From positions 1 through 64,000 of the IMG/VR virus record IMGVR_UViG_3300029288_000129: 64,000 nt of DNA; one strand, 5' to 3'. This stretch comes from a virus (lineage: Duplodnaviria > Caudoviricetes). The notes under the pieces are model-generated. The model was not told the origin of the DNA and ran no database searches. It saw only the letters and a program-made list of their open reading frames with translations. Below are positions 10,454 through 21,000 of this stretch, piece after piece (positions within the stretch are counted from its first letter, which is position 1; each line of letters opens with the position of its first letter). A program made the translations under genes and the position numbers.

Positions 10454-10888
10454 TTAGCGTACTATTACGACCCCAAGGCTTTGACGAATCTCGTCGATGC
10501 GCTGTGTCAATTCCCGTCGCTTCTCCACCAACTCTTGAATCCGGGCCATAGCGTCTTCGTTTTCCTTAGATGCCGCAAACAGACTGTTTCGATGCGTTTT
10601 GGAGCGACGGCCCTTCGAGTCGCGAACCCAACAGGCGGTTCCCTTCTCGTCAACCGAGGTGATCGTCACTTTCTCGAAACTGTTTTTGTCGCCCCACTCT
10701 TCTCGCCACGCAGCATCCATGTTGGGCCTGTTTTTGTTCGACGCGATCTCTTTGTCCAGTATCGCCTTCAGTTTCTTGAGACTCGGATCAGCGAAATCGG
10801 GGTTTCTGTATTCCCCGACCTGCCACAGTTCAGTCTCTTCGCAATACTCGATCTCGTAGCCCCGGTGGTTTGTCTTGAAAATGTTCAT
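10454..10888 (-). CDS. Hypothetical protein
   Basis: 144 aa, GGAGG RBS. Confidence 0.7.
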   Translation of the reverse strand: MNIFKTNHRGYEIEYCEETELWQVGEYRNPDFADPSLKKLKAILDKEIASNKNRPNMDAAWREEWGDKNSFEKVTITSVDEKGTACWVRDSKGRRSKTHRNSLFAASKENEDAMARIQELVEKRRELTQRIDEIRQSLGVVIVR

Positions 10889-10903
10889 GGTTTTCCTCCA
10901 AAA

Positions 10904-11254
10904 TTATTGTGCCACCGGCTGAATTTTCCCGTATTTCTTCTCAAACTCGTCCCACTCCGCTTTCGCGGTATCGAAAGGCTTGTCGTAGGGACAAATGAAG
11001 TCGCTGGGCTGCGCGGCGCAACTCGGCATAAGCGGGCATTTGATGCAGTACGGAAACCCTTCGTCGCAGTCGCGACCCGCCACCACGCCCTCTATATAGG
11101 CGACCACCATTGCTTCCACCACCGCATCGCGAAGTTTGGCTTCGGCCGTATCGGATGCCACCGGTATCGAAAACAGCGGAAGCGTACCGTGTCTTGCCAG
11201 CCACTGCATCTCGAACGGACTGATACTTACATTTATCTCCATGTCTTTGCTCAT
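10904..11254 (-). CDS. Hypothetical protein
   Basis: Packed minus-strand ORF with RBS. Confidence 0.6.
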   Translation of the reverse strand: MSKDMEINVSISPFEMQWLARHGTLPLFSIPVASDTAEAKLRDAVVEAMVVAYIEGVVAGRDCDEGFPYCIKCPLMPSCAAQPSDFICPYDKPFDTAKAEWDEFEKKYGKIQPVAQ

Positions 11255-11505
11255 GTGTCACCTCTCGTTATTTTCAAATCGTTTCTGTGCCTCGACACAA
11301 CTTTCGTGGCGTTTTATTCTTCTCATCGGAGCCGCGCCTATCGTTTCAAGATCGCCGCCGAAGATAGCGCACGAGAAGTTGATGCGATTTGCCATAGCGT
11401 CTCCTGCGCGAAGAAAAGGACACTGGAGAGCCTTGACTTCGCGGGAAAGCCCGTTGTTGCAAAACTCCCCGCACGGCTCCACAGCGATGGTGATGTGGCT
11501 GGGCA

Positions 11506-11892
11506 TCACTGTGCTCCCCTCTCAATCCTTCGTTTCTCCGCGATCATGGCGGTGGCATAAAACGAACGCCACCGAACCACGGTCTTGATCTGATGCTCGG
11601 TGTCCATATCTAATCTCTGGCTGGAATACTTCGCATCGAGATCATACCACTCAAGATATTCCGGCGGATCTTTCTCGAAATACGATCTTGGGCTCCGGAC
11701 CTTACCTTCTTTTTCGTACTGCTTAATGTGGTCTCCGAGTTTTTTGTTATAGTCTTTCGGCATCTTTGAATAGTCAAGGACCACCGGATTGTCGCGTTCC
11801 ACGCTGAACCAATTCGGCTTCTCGGGCGCATGGGCCATGAAATAGTCGTGGAGTGTCGCGTCTCTCATCGTTCCGCCGTCGTCGTGCGTCAT
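11506..11892 (-). CDS. Hypothetical phage protein
   Basis: TLHDYFMAHAP...RWRSFYATAMIAE motif common in small phage proteins. Confidence 0.65.
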   Translation of the reverse strand: MTHDDGGTMRDATLHDYFMAHAPEKPNWFSVERDNPVVLDYSKMPKDYNKKLGDHIKQYEKEGKVRSPRSYFEKDPPEYLEWYDLDAKYSSQRLDMDTEHQIKTVVRWRSFYATAMIAEKRRIERGAQ

Positions 11893-12359
11893 CGTTGTAC
11901 TCCTTTGCCTAAATTTTTCACTTCCGGGAACCGCTTTGTTGGATCAAGCCCAAGGGCTATCCATACCGCTGGGTTGTCGCACAAAAACGGGCAGTTTGCA
12001 TCCAAATGGCGGCATGGATGGTTGTCATCAGACACTTCCGGGTCTCTTTCGTATGCACCGCATTCGTCGTATCGCATAAATGCACTGTGGATTCCGCAAT
12101 GCACCTCCAGTTCCGCCTTATGCCGCAACTCTTCCAACATCTCATCGTTAAACGCCATGTCCTTTGATTCATCTTGTCCCTCGAAGATGTATGACTCGTT
12201 GAATGGAATCTCCGCGATCCTTTGTTCGGTTCCGCAGAGTTCAGCGGCATCCGGGGTAAAGTTCAGATTGCCACAGGGAACGAAGCCTCGGGCATTCTTG
12301 TTCTCATCATACCATTCGCGGCTCTTGATCCTCACGGTATCGCCGATACGATGTTTCAT
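11889..12359 (-). CDS. Hypothetical protein with SH3/KOW-like N-terminus
   Basis: KHRIGDTVRIK; coupled overlaps. Confidence 0.6.
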   Translation of the reverse strand: MKHRIGDTVRIKSREWYDENKNARGFVPCGNLNFTPDAAELCGTEQRIAEIPFNESYIFEGQDESKDMAFNDEMLEELRHKAELEVHCGIHSAFMRYDECGAYERDPEVSDDNHPCRHLDANCPFLCDNPAVWIALGLDPTKRFPEVKNLGKGVQR

Positions 12360-12362
12360 CTG

Positions 12363-12881
12363 TTACTCCACGAAGTTGTTTGCGATGCGGTTCATACATT
12401 TGCGGTCCGATATTTCACACACATCTGCGTGGGGGTGACGCGCCAACTCCTCGCTGGTGCTTGCGTAGTTAGAAGACAGCAACAGAACGATGCGTTCCGA
12501 TATTTTAACCGCGACCCTATATTGGCCATAGGTATAGTCATCGTTGAACTGCCACTGTGCCAAGACAGTACCGACACCAGACGACTCCATCCCCTTACGA
12601 ATCGCTTCTATGTCCACCCTCTTTATCTCCACATCGCCCGCCATGCAAACCTGATCGTCGTTGAACGGATACGATGGCAGTTCCACGCCATAGGTGCGTT
12701 CCAGCCGGTCCATGGCCCGAAGTCGTCCAACCAAGGCGGTGTTGATGCGTTTCTCTACTTCGAGATCGGATAGACGCGGCGGACATTCGGGGGTGCCGCA
12801 ACGCTCCAACGCACCGCCTATCGTGATGAAAATTAAAATGATGCAGATAACGCTGATTATTGTCCACGCTTTGTCGATCAT
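12363..12881 (-). CDS. Membrane-anchored hypothetical protein
   Basis: N-terminal hydrophobic helix WTIISVICIILIFITIGG; start refined to 12881. Confidence 0.65.
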   Translation of the reverse strand: MIDKAWTIISVICIILIFITIGGALERCGTPECPPRLSDLEVEKRINTALVGRLRAMDRLERTYGVELPSYPFNDDQVCMAGDVEIKRVDIEAIRKGMESSGVGTVLAQWQFNDDYTYGQYRVAVKISERIVLLLSSNYASTSEELARHPHADVCEISDRKCMNRIANNFVE

Positions 12882-13963
12882 GTCTCTGCTCCAACGGGAT
12901 TTTCGTTTTCGTCGCGCCAAGACTCTACCAAGTCTTCCCATGTGATAAGAATGATCTTCGGCGGTCCATCGCCCGACTTTTTATAGAACCTCGCGTTTAC
13001 GCCTCGACAATTCACCGAATCGATGACCGCCAGATCGTCGCCGCAATGTATCTGTTTTTCGCAGAAATCCGAAAGCGTAAAATCGTCCTTGTCGGGGTCA
13101 AACGCCCGATAGCGGGGCGCGGGGCGTAGGCAGTAAGAGTCAATGGCACAGGGATACTCGCGCCCACTCCCTGGGGAACGGTAAACTATCTTCCCCTCCT
13201 TGACGAGATCATTGAACCGGGCGACCGCCTCTTCATCGAAGTGCCCTTGAAGTATCGCTTTCTTGAAAAACTCCAGCGCACTCGGCATCAGCCGATCCAT
13301 CGTGTCGGGCGGTATGCCCTCATCTTCCATCTTCATCGTGCCGGATATGATCATCTTCATCGCACGATCCTTGACCGCCTCGTCAACAAGGCCCGCCTCA
13401 ACCTCGTTGGCAATCAATTGTTTGTATGAGGACTCAACGCATCGTTCTTGTCGAGCCGCAACCTCGTCGGAAATCTCGTCCCGGCGCTGCTCGACGATCC
13501 TATCTTCTTTCGCCTCGATCTTATCCCTCTTTTCCTCGCCACGCCACGCTCTGCAACCGTTTGGTATGACCCGATACTGGTAGGCATCCAGATCGGGAAC
13601 ATGCTGTTCCGTAGCGACCATCCATGCGTCATGTTCCGTGAAGGGCCGATACTGTATCGTTTCTCCTCTCAAACGAGCATCCATGATGTCTCGAATCGAG
13701 AAGAGCCCGTACAGCGCATCTTCAAGGATTCTGTCGCAATTTTTTATGTCCCTAGTCTCTTGCGGGTCCAGCACCGAATACTTCGCGTGGTCCCGAGGAT
13801 TAAGAAAGGTGATATTCCGCGCATCCGCATAGTAGACACCATCTATCATCGTGATGCCCACAGAATTGGTGTCCTCGACATACTCCAAGAACTCGCCGCT
13901 AAATCCACGCCCCACATGCTTTATGGCCGTCCCCCTTGGCACCCGTGACCAATCAATCTTCAT
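12878..13963 (-). CDS. Hypothetical protein
   Basis: Start refined to MKIDWS at 13963 (GGAAGAGG RBS). Confidence 0.7.
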   Translation of the reverse strand: MKIDWSRVPRGTAIKHVGRGFSGEFLEYVEDTNSVGITMIDGVYYADARNITFLNPRDHAKYSVLDPQETRDIKNCDRILEDALYGLFSIRDIMDARLRGETIQYRPFTEHDAWMVATEQHVPDLDAYQYRVIPNGCRAWRGEEKRDKIEAKEDRIVEQRRDEISDEVAARQERCVESSYKQLIANEVEAGLVDEAVKDRAMKMIISGTMKMEDEGIPPDTMDRLMPSALEFFKKAILQGHFDEEAVARFNDLVKEGKIVYRSPGSGREYPCAIDSYCLRPAPRYRAFDPDKDDFTLSDFCEKQIHCGDDLAVIDSVNCRGVNARFYKKSGDGPPKIILITWEDLVESWRDENENPVGAET

Positions 13964-14980
13964 GCCTCTTCCCCCTCTATAATCATGTTTCCCGCAATGA
14001 TGGTGCCGCGACCACACGATAGCGAAACTATTCCGCCACGGGTCGCCTCGCCTTCTCTCGGATCGCATAGGGTGGCCCTGAAGTGTGGGCAGTCGTCGGC
14101 GCAGAAAGCGCATTCCCGAAAAGGACATGTTTGTTTTAACATCTGGCCTCTGCGCTCCAGAAGCAAAGTGCCATATTTGTCAATCACGATCTTCATAATG
14201 CCTCCTCTCAATAACAGTTTGTGTTGCAGGTACGATATGAGCCGGACCCGTAACAACAGGTCTGGCAAGAAACGCAGTGGCTACGCGGGAATCCGTTGTG
14301 ATCATAGTAGTTGGTGCAACAGTATTCGGTGCAACAGTCGCCGAAACAAGAGGTGGTGCAGTTGGTATCCGCTGCGCCTAGACACAGGCTCAACAAAATA
14401 ACGATCAGGGCCAAGACTTTGTTCATTGTACGCTCCCTATAGTTTTTTCTCAACGGCTTCACGCCTATACCTATCGTTTTCTTCCACGCCTCGCAGCGTC
14501 GCGTCTCGTACCGACTCAGCGAGTTGTAACAGTACCGCATCAATGTATGCCTTACATTCGTGATCGCGGACAAATGCTCGTCTCGGCAACAGTTCTTCGG
14601 GAATGATGGTGTCTGTTCCCACCACGAACTCTTTGCCGTGTCGCCAAATCGATGCAATGGTCTGACACTCCGTTTCCAGATACCATCGTTCCAGTGTCGC
14701 GTAGTATCGCCACTCAGTCTTCATACTCGGTCCACATATCGTTGCACCGCCGACATCAGCGACTCGTGAGCAACCGCGCATACCGTAAATAGTGCGGTCA
14801 TCGCATCGTCTGCCATATAGTCTCGGGGCTGTATCGTCTCTTCCCTGTAACGGTTCGTTGCCGAGTCATAGATCACTATAGACACGGGGCTGTTGGCCCA
14901 TCCGGGCCCCGAGGCTCGTTCCGCATATACGGCGCGAATCGACTCGGTACTCTTCAGCGGGATCCGAAACTTCGGTTTGT

Positions 14981-15229
14981 TCATATCCGTCGCCCCAAGA
15001 AGTCGCGGGCCTTCGTTGTCCACGCATTGTTCCACGCCTCGACAGCCAATGTTTCGGACCTATACCATGTGGTGCGCCTCGGCTCCTTGCATCCCGCGTT
15101 CTCGCACATCACCATGAAGTCGCCATAACTTGATTTGACGACAACCGGTTTCCCCCCGCAATCGGGGCAACGACGCGGTAAGACTTGAAACGATGCCGTT
15201 CCTTTTCTCTGTTTCGGTTTTCTTTTCAT
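14981..15229 (-). CDS. Lar-family restriction alleviation-like protein
   Basis: CPDCGGKP...C...C...LAVEAWN matches the Lar Zn-finger pattern. Confidence 0.6.
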   Translation of the reverse strand: MKRKPKQRKGTASFQVLPRRCPDCGGKPVVVKSSYGDFMVMCENAGCKEPRRTTWYRSETLAVEAWNNAWTTKARDFLGRRI

Positions 15230-15590
15230 GCCTCCTCCTCTTTATCCTCCTCTTTTTTCAAGGAGGGGTCACGGAACCATGTCCGCCTGCCCCTCCCCGG
15301 AGCATCGGGGGAGGATATTCCGATGCCTCAGACACTACATCTTGCGAAAAAATTGCTTGCGTGTCAAGTTTTTCGGATAAAAATAATCTTCTCGGCAACG
15401 AAGTTGATGGCGGGCACTATTTTAGCGGTATGGCCCGGGCATTCTGCGTTTGGGTTCTTGACAAAGAATTCATCAGTATCGGGATGAACGCAACGGTGAA
15501 TACTGGTTTTGGGCCTTCGCCCGAACCAACAGGAGCCACAGTCGCAATCCTTAAAATGATGTCCCGTTATCGGGTCAATGATACGGGACA

Positions 15591-15932
15591 CTACACGATC
15601 TCTATCATCTGTATCGCCACATCGGTGGACACCGTGCTGGTCATCGATACGGTGGTCCCGCTGATCACGGCGCAAAACATGTCGCGGAAGGTGAGGGCCT
15701 GTCCGTCCACATACAGTGTGACCTGTGCCGTTGCATCCTCGACATCGGCAACCAGCAGATAGGTGCCCGCCGTGTTGCATATCACCTCGTTCACGGTCGC
15801 GGTGAGGCTGAGGGTGCGTTCAAGGATATTCGAGGATTCGTAGTCCTCCTTCTCGATACGCGCCGCGTCCTGATCCACACCGGCCACGCGCTTCCGCAGT
15901 ATCAAGTCGAGGTAAAAAAGTTGAGTCGCCAT
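15591..15932 (-). CDS. Small beta-rich protein, possibly a virion component
   Basis: GGAGGAG RBS; downstream of the promoter at 15955-15982. Confidence 0.6.
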   Translation of the reverse strand: MATQLFYLDLILRKRVAGVDQDAARIEKEDYESSNILERTLSLTATVNEVICNTAGTYLLVADVEDATAQVTLYVDGQALTFRDMFCAVISGTTVSMTSTVSTDVAIQMIEIV

Positions 15933-15954
15933 GCTCTCCTCCATAGGTTACTGC

Positions 15955-15982
15955 ATTGTAACATTGCGAAACGACAAGTCAA
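15955..15982 (-). promoter_or_regulatory. Extended -10 promoter with a TTTCGCAA spacer motif
   Basis: TTGACT, 16 nt, TG-n-TACAAT; divergent from a TTGACA at 16026-16031. Confidence 0.6.
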
Positions 15983-16092
15983 GTTTCCACTCATTTGACC
16001 ATAAAAACTTTTTTTAATAATTTTCTTGACATTTAGCAAGATTTTCGCAATACTGGTATTGATGCCGCAAGGTGCGGTGACGGAGGAATCCG

Positions 16093-16473
16093 ATGCGGAA
16101 GATCGAAGGGTACACCAAAGGGCCGTGGCAAGTATCCGAAGAAAGATGTGAGCACACCTGTTGTTTTACGACCGCCGTGATTTCCGGTGATGACAGAATA
16201 TGCGAATGTGATGATGAAAATGCCGAACTCATCGCCGCCGCGCCGGAGACCTATGAGCGGTGCGTTGCCTATGAAGAGGCCCTGCGCGAGATGATGGCCG
16301 CGATCCCCAAGGAGCCGCCGACTGATATGGCCGAAGCCTTGCGTTGGCACGAGCGACAGGTGGAAGCAGGGGTGAAGGATCTCGGGATTCTTCTGGAAAA
16401 CGGTGTCGCGGTTGTGTCTCCGTTGCGGCGCGGCAAGGGATGCGTGGTGCAGTTTCCCACGCATGGAGAGTAA
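16093..16473 (+). CDS. Phage 'TxGPW...LIAAAP' family protein
   Basis: YTKGPW and NAELIAAAPE; GGAGG RBS. Confidence 0.65.
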   Translation: MRKIEGYTKGPWQVSEERCEHTCCFTTAVISGDDRICECDDENAELIAAAPETYERCVAYEEALREMMAAIPKEPPTDMAEALRWHERQVEAGVKDLGILLENGVAVVSPLRRGKGCVVQFPTHGE

Positions 16474-16475
16474 AA

Positions 16476-16916
16476 ATGAAGTCCATCGCTAAGAAAAACG
16501 ATGCTGCTTTTGAAGCGTTAAAGAAAAAACTAATCCCCCTGTGCTTTTACGACGATTTTTGGGAAGTGGAGTTTTTGATCTTGTTCAACGCAACCTCAGA
16601 TGACATGCAAGCGTTTCTCACCCCTCGTTACGGAAAAGATGTGGTACTTGATCACAGTTTGTGGTTTCGTCCCCGCCAAGCCGCTCTCTGTCAACGAGTG
16701 ATCAAAAACAATGTTGCGTCCATCGTCGTCGCTTTTGATAAAAATTCGTCCACGAACAGAAACGCTATTGTCCACGAGTCGGTTCACGCGGCGCAGTTCG
16801 TTCTGGAGCAGTATTTTCTCTGGGGCGACCCCGAGGTTTCTGCACTTTACATCTCGTGCATCTACGGTAGAATAGTATGGCATCTGAAGAAAAACGGCAA
16901 AAAACTCAAGGACTAG
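16476..16916 (+). CDS. Zincin-like metallopeptidase-motif protein
   Basis: VHESVHA (HExxH) with a downstream E (DPEVSA); start refined to 16476. Confidence 0.6.
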   Translation: MKSIAKKNDAAFEALKKKLIPLCFYDDFWEVEFLILFNATSDDMQAFLTPRYGKDVVLDHSLWFRPRQAALCQRVIKNNVASIVVAFDKNSSTNRNAIVHESVHAAQFVLEQYFLWGDPEVSALYISCIYGRIVWHLKKNGKKLKD

Positions 16917-16926
16917 GGAGGACATT

Positions 16927-17697
16927 ATGAAGAAGTATCTTGTCGCTATCGCGGCCATTCTGGTGATGGCTTGCAACGAGGAGCAGACCCCCAAGTATGA
17001 TGACAACGAGGTGCCGGACACCGCCGTTGCCGACTCCGATCTCGCACCCATGGAGTCAATCATGCCCGACACCGAGGCCGGTGACCGCTATGCCGACCCC
17101 GCTGTGTGTGGCAACGAGATCATTGACCCCGGCGAGGAATGCGACGGCGGCTGGGTGTTTTGCGCCACGATTATGCCCGATGTGTACAAGGCAACGCCTG
17201 AGTGCCGAGTCGCCTGTGCCAACAACTGCCGCGCCATTACTGTTGCCGCATGTAAGGCATCCTGTGCCATCGATTACGGTTGCGACGAGGGTTACATCGG
17301 CCCCAAGTGTGATCTCTGCGCCTACGGGTATCAGGACAGCGACGGGGATGGAATCTGTAAGCCGGATTGCATGAGACTTGGTGCGCCATCGGGCGAGGCA
17401 CCGCTATACCACGATTGCGGCAACGGCAACTGTGTCTATACGGAACAAGGCGATGCGTATTGTCTGTGCCGCAACGGATATTTGCGCCAAGACGATGCTG
17501 ACCCCGTTTCTTTATGCTCGGTCTGTGACCCCCACAATCTACCCACTGACCGCCCCATGGGATGCCCCGCAGAGTGTCCCGACACGATGCCATGCAACGG
17601 CGGCGGATCGTGTTTTCAGGTCGGCGGCGAGACGGTTTGCGTCTGTCCTTCCAATATGATACTTTCCGGTGATGGAAATTCTTGTCTTAATGAGTGA
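16927..17697 (+). CDS. Cys-rich EGF-like-repeat lipoprotein
   Basis: Lipobox-like MKKYLVAIAAILVMAC; acidic linker; CGNEIIDPGEECDG (myxobacterial-type Cys-rich repeat); EGF-like CDEGYIGPKCD and CLCRNGY. Confidence 0.8.
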   Translation: MKKYLVAIAAILVMACNEEQTPKYDDNEVPDTAVADSDLAPMESIMPDTEAGDRYADPAVCGNEIIDPGEECDGGWVFCATIMPDVYKATPECRVACANNCRAITVAACKASCAIDYGCDEGYIGPKCDLCAYGYQDSDGDGICKPDCMRLGAPSGEAPLYHDCGNGNCVYTEQGDAYCLCRNGYLRQDDADPVSLCSVCDPHNLPTDRPMGCPAECPDTMPCNGGGSCFQVGGETVCVCPSNMILSGDGNSCLNE

Positions 17698-18082
17698 TCA
17701 CGACGAGATCGTAACAAATCGTCACGCTCGCCCCTGTCTTATTCTGAATATAAAGAAGGTTGTCTACTGCTCCAAAATATGTGTTTAGGTCTCCTGCAAA
17801 ATCTTTTATGGTGTTCGTTGCGGAATTGCTGTCTATGAATGCCCCCGCCGCGTCTTCCAGCAATATCGTGCCTTCCGACGCAGTTCCTCCAGCGGCGGCT
17901 TTTCCCTTGTGCCAATACATTGGTGCGCCGCAAAATGTTCCGCCGTTAACCAGCCCCCACATATCGATCCGTCCGCTGGTGGTCGCTAGACTCACTCCTG
18001 TCACCTGATGGATATCGGCATCGGCCAGCGTCACCACACCGCTTCTACGGGTCGTTGAACTCGCTTCTATCGTCACGGCCAT
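17687..18082 (-). CDS. Small virion (tail-associated) protein
   Basis: Follows the tail fibre gene; beta-rich. Confidence 0.55.
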   Translation of the reverse strand: MAVTIEASSTTRRSGVVTLADADIHQVTGVSLATTSGRIDMWGLVNGGTFCGAPMYWHKGKAAAGGTASEGTILLEDAAGAFIDSNSATNTIKDFAGDLNTYFGAVDNLLYIQNKTGASVTICYDLVVITH

Positions 18083-18092
18083 CGTTGTCTCC

Positions 18093-21000
18093 CTACGCTA
18101 CATGGTGGTTACTGGTCACATCGAACCCGACGGCAACCGCAGGGTTCCCGCCCCTCTGCACACAGCCGATGCAGAACGAGACGCATCTTAATCCGAGATT
18201 GGCAACCAACGCGGTATACGCGAGAACATCCGCTGTGTCCACGCAATGGCACGCCGACACCGAAACATTGCCATCATCCTTTGCGCCGCCATTGATCAGG
18301 ATCATCGGCTCGTCTCCTGCCGTATGCGATCTGCGCCCCTTGACATCTGAGACATCGACCATAAAGTCGTCGTCGTCCGCAATGATCTGAACCGACTCGT
18401 TGCTGTCCGTCCCCACATTCTGGATATCGGATACGGTCACATTGATACCGGTCGCGTCGAGTCGATGCACGCTCGACACCGTGCCACCCGCATGAACCAC
18501 CGGCGGGAAATTGATGTTGCGAATCGCGATCATATCGGAGTCCGCTACGATCCTGCATCCTCTCGATACGCTGGGGTCGTCGGCCAAGAAGGTAACCCCA
18601 TCGATTATTGCAGATTCGCTACTGGTCAAGCCCTCGGTATGCACCGCCGCGAGAGTTCCGTTACTCGCAAAATAGATGGTCTCGCCCCTACACTCATACG
18701 GTCCCTCATACGCCTCCGGCAACGAGTCGCGGAACACCGCGAACGATTCATCGACGGCTGCGGTGACCGAGGTGCCTTCTGCGGTGACCCAATACGAGTT
18801 ATCGCTGAAGTACATGCCGGGTCCACCGTCGAGAGACCCGAGGGCTCCCGAGAGTGCGAACAGGGACGGATAGGTGGTCGCGTTGTCATAGGCGAGCCGG
18901 AATTCGTTGCCTTTCACCAGCAACGAGAGCAACAGGTTGCCCACGCCCGGAGCGATATCGACCATAGATACCGATGCCGCAGCGTGTGTGCTGGTCCAAT
19001 AACAGGTATTGCTGTACATCCGCACCGAAAAGGAGGCGAGCACTCCGGCTCCACTGAAATATATCGGAGCAACTGCCGCGCTATGATTCCAGTAGTTGTT
19101 GCTGAGCAGTAGGGTTGCCGTCTTCCCGCTGAAATTTAGGACTGACCCCGCACTCACGATGCTGTTCCCCATCATCTGCACCTGTGTCGAACCTACTCCG
19201 GCCCCCAACACAAGGTAGGAGAAGTTGCCGGTGGACAACCATGTGCTGTTGCGGATCCGCACCACCGATTGTACCGCGTTGGCATATACTATCGCGTTGT
19301 TGCCGCTGTGGTTAAACGCGCATTGATCGAAATCTACTGTGGACAGCGTTGTCGCCGAGAGGTCGAGGAACGGATCGCCGTATGCGCCCACCACATTGGT
19401 TCGGTCACCGCTGAACACGGAGGCCGCGAGGTTGTCTTGACTGAACCGGAACCCTGTGGAGAAAGTCGCATCATTGATCAGCGCGGTATTACAGGTGATC
19501 TCGGTGTCTCCGGTAATGCTGTGACCGTTGCCACGAATCAAGAGTTTGCCTATACTCACCGCTGCCACCGTAGAGGTGAGGTCGGTGAGTAGTTCCAGAA
19601 TGAAGGTGGTGTTGGCCGCTATCGTGGTGTCGAGACAAACGGTATGCATATAGTTAAGCGCATCGTCGATGCCCCATCCGGTCCCGAATGCACCCGCCTT
19701 GATATGGATGCCCCGGAACCCCTTCTCGCCCACCTGCTGGAACCACACGCTTTGGGCCGCGACCGGAACTCCGGCGGCATAGAACAGGTCGCCGAGTAAA
19801 ACATCGGTGTTCTTTACCCAAGTAGTGAACAGCGTGGTCTCGTCACCGAGCCGTATCACCTCATAGTTTCGTGCCGCATCGAATCGTACCGCAACGAGGT
19901 TGTGACCATTCGCCAGCCCCACTATGGATGCCAGCGTCGTGGCGGGCACACGGTATGTCTGGCCCCTAAAATCTACCTCGAACGGCACCAGTCCGTCCTC
20001 TGCCGCATTGAGTAGTCCGTCGCCACTGTACCGACACCCGTAATCCAGCGCATCCGCTACCTGTCCGTAGGTCTCGTGTTCCGCACTGAAGGTGCCGTAC
20101 CTTCTCTTATCGACCACATGGCCCCATCGGTGTCCGTCGCCCCAAGTCGCGGTGGCTAGGGTCAGTGCGGTATCGTTTTGATCCGACGCAACGAATACGA
20201 TGTTGTTACTATACACATTGTCGGGTAGCGGGAACGCTTCGATTTCATGGTACACATCGATCCATTCACCGTCATCCGCTATCAGCCGGTATCCATTAGC
20301 GACGACATTCGTAACATCCACTGTGGGGCCACCGTCAAAGGAGGCTTCGTATAGCAACGGACCCGATGTCACGGTCAGCACGAGTTGCCGCGTTCCGGTA
20401 AGCCCCGGACTCTTTGCGACCACGGACAACAACGCATCATTGGTTCCATTGATGGTTATGTTCAACGGCGCATTGTCAACCCATGTCGCCACTTTCGTGA
20501 GCACAAGAAGTCCGGTCTTGGCCATATTGACTTCGGCCGTGTAGATGTTGTATGCGCCACCCGGCGTGTCGGTGAACGGACCCCCTGTTGCCGCCACAAC
20601 CACCTCGCCGTCCACGATGGCCCGGTTCAGGGGATTTGCGGCCACATTGATCTGAAGTTGGTTCACCACCGCTGTTGCGTCGAGCCAGTCCGAAGCCGAT
20701 CCTCTCGCGATACCACAGCGGTCTCTATTGTGTTCCCGCCTCTGGTGATCCGCCATGCTGTCGGCGAGCCCCGGTATATCGTCGATGCCGGTCCCGTGCG
20801 GGTTATTATCGGTCATCGCCTCGTGTCCTTTCCGGGTCACATGGTTCGACATCGTATCGTTTTCGGGCATAAACTTCTCTTGCCGCGCCGGGTCTCGGCT
20901 ATCCACGGTCACGCTACCGCCCCTAGCCACATAGTATTGACGATGGCTGTCGCCGCCGCTCATCTGTTGGTACTCGTCAAGATATATCGCGCCTGTGTGT

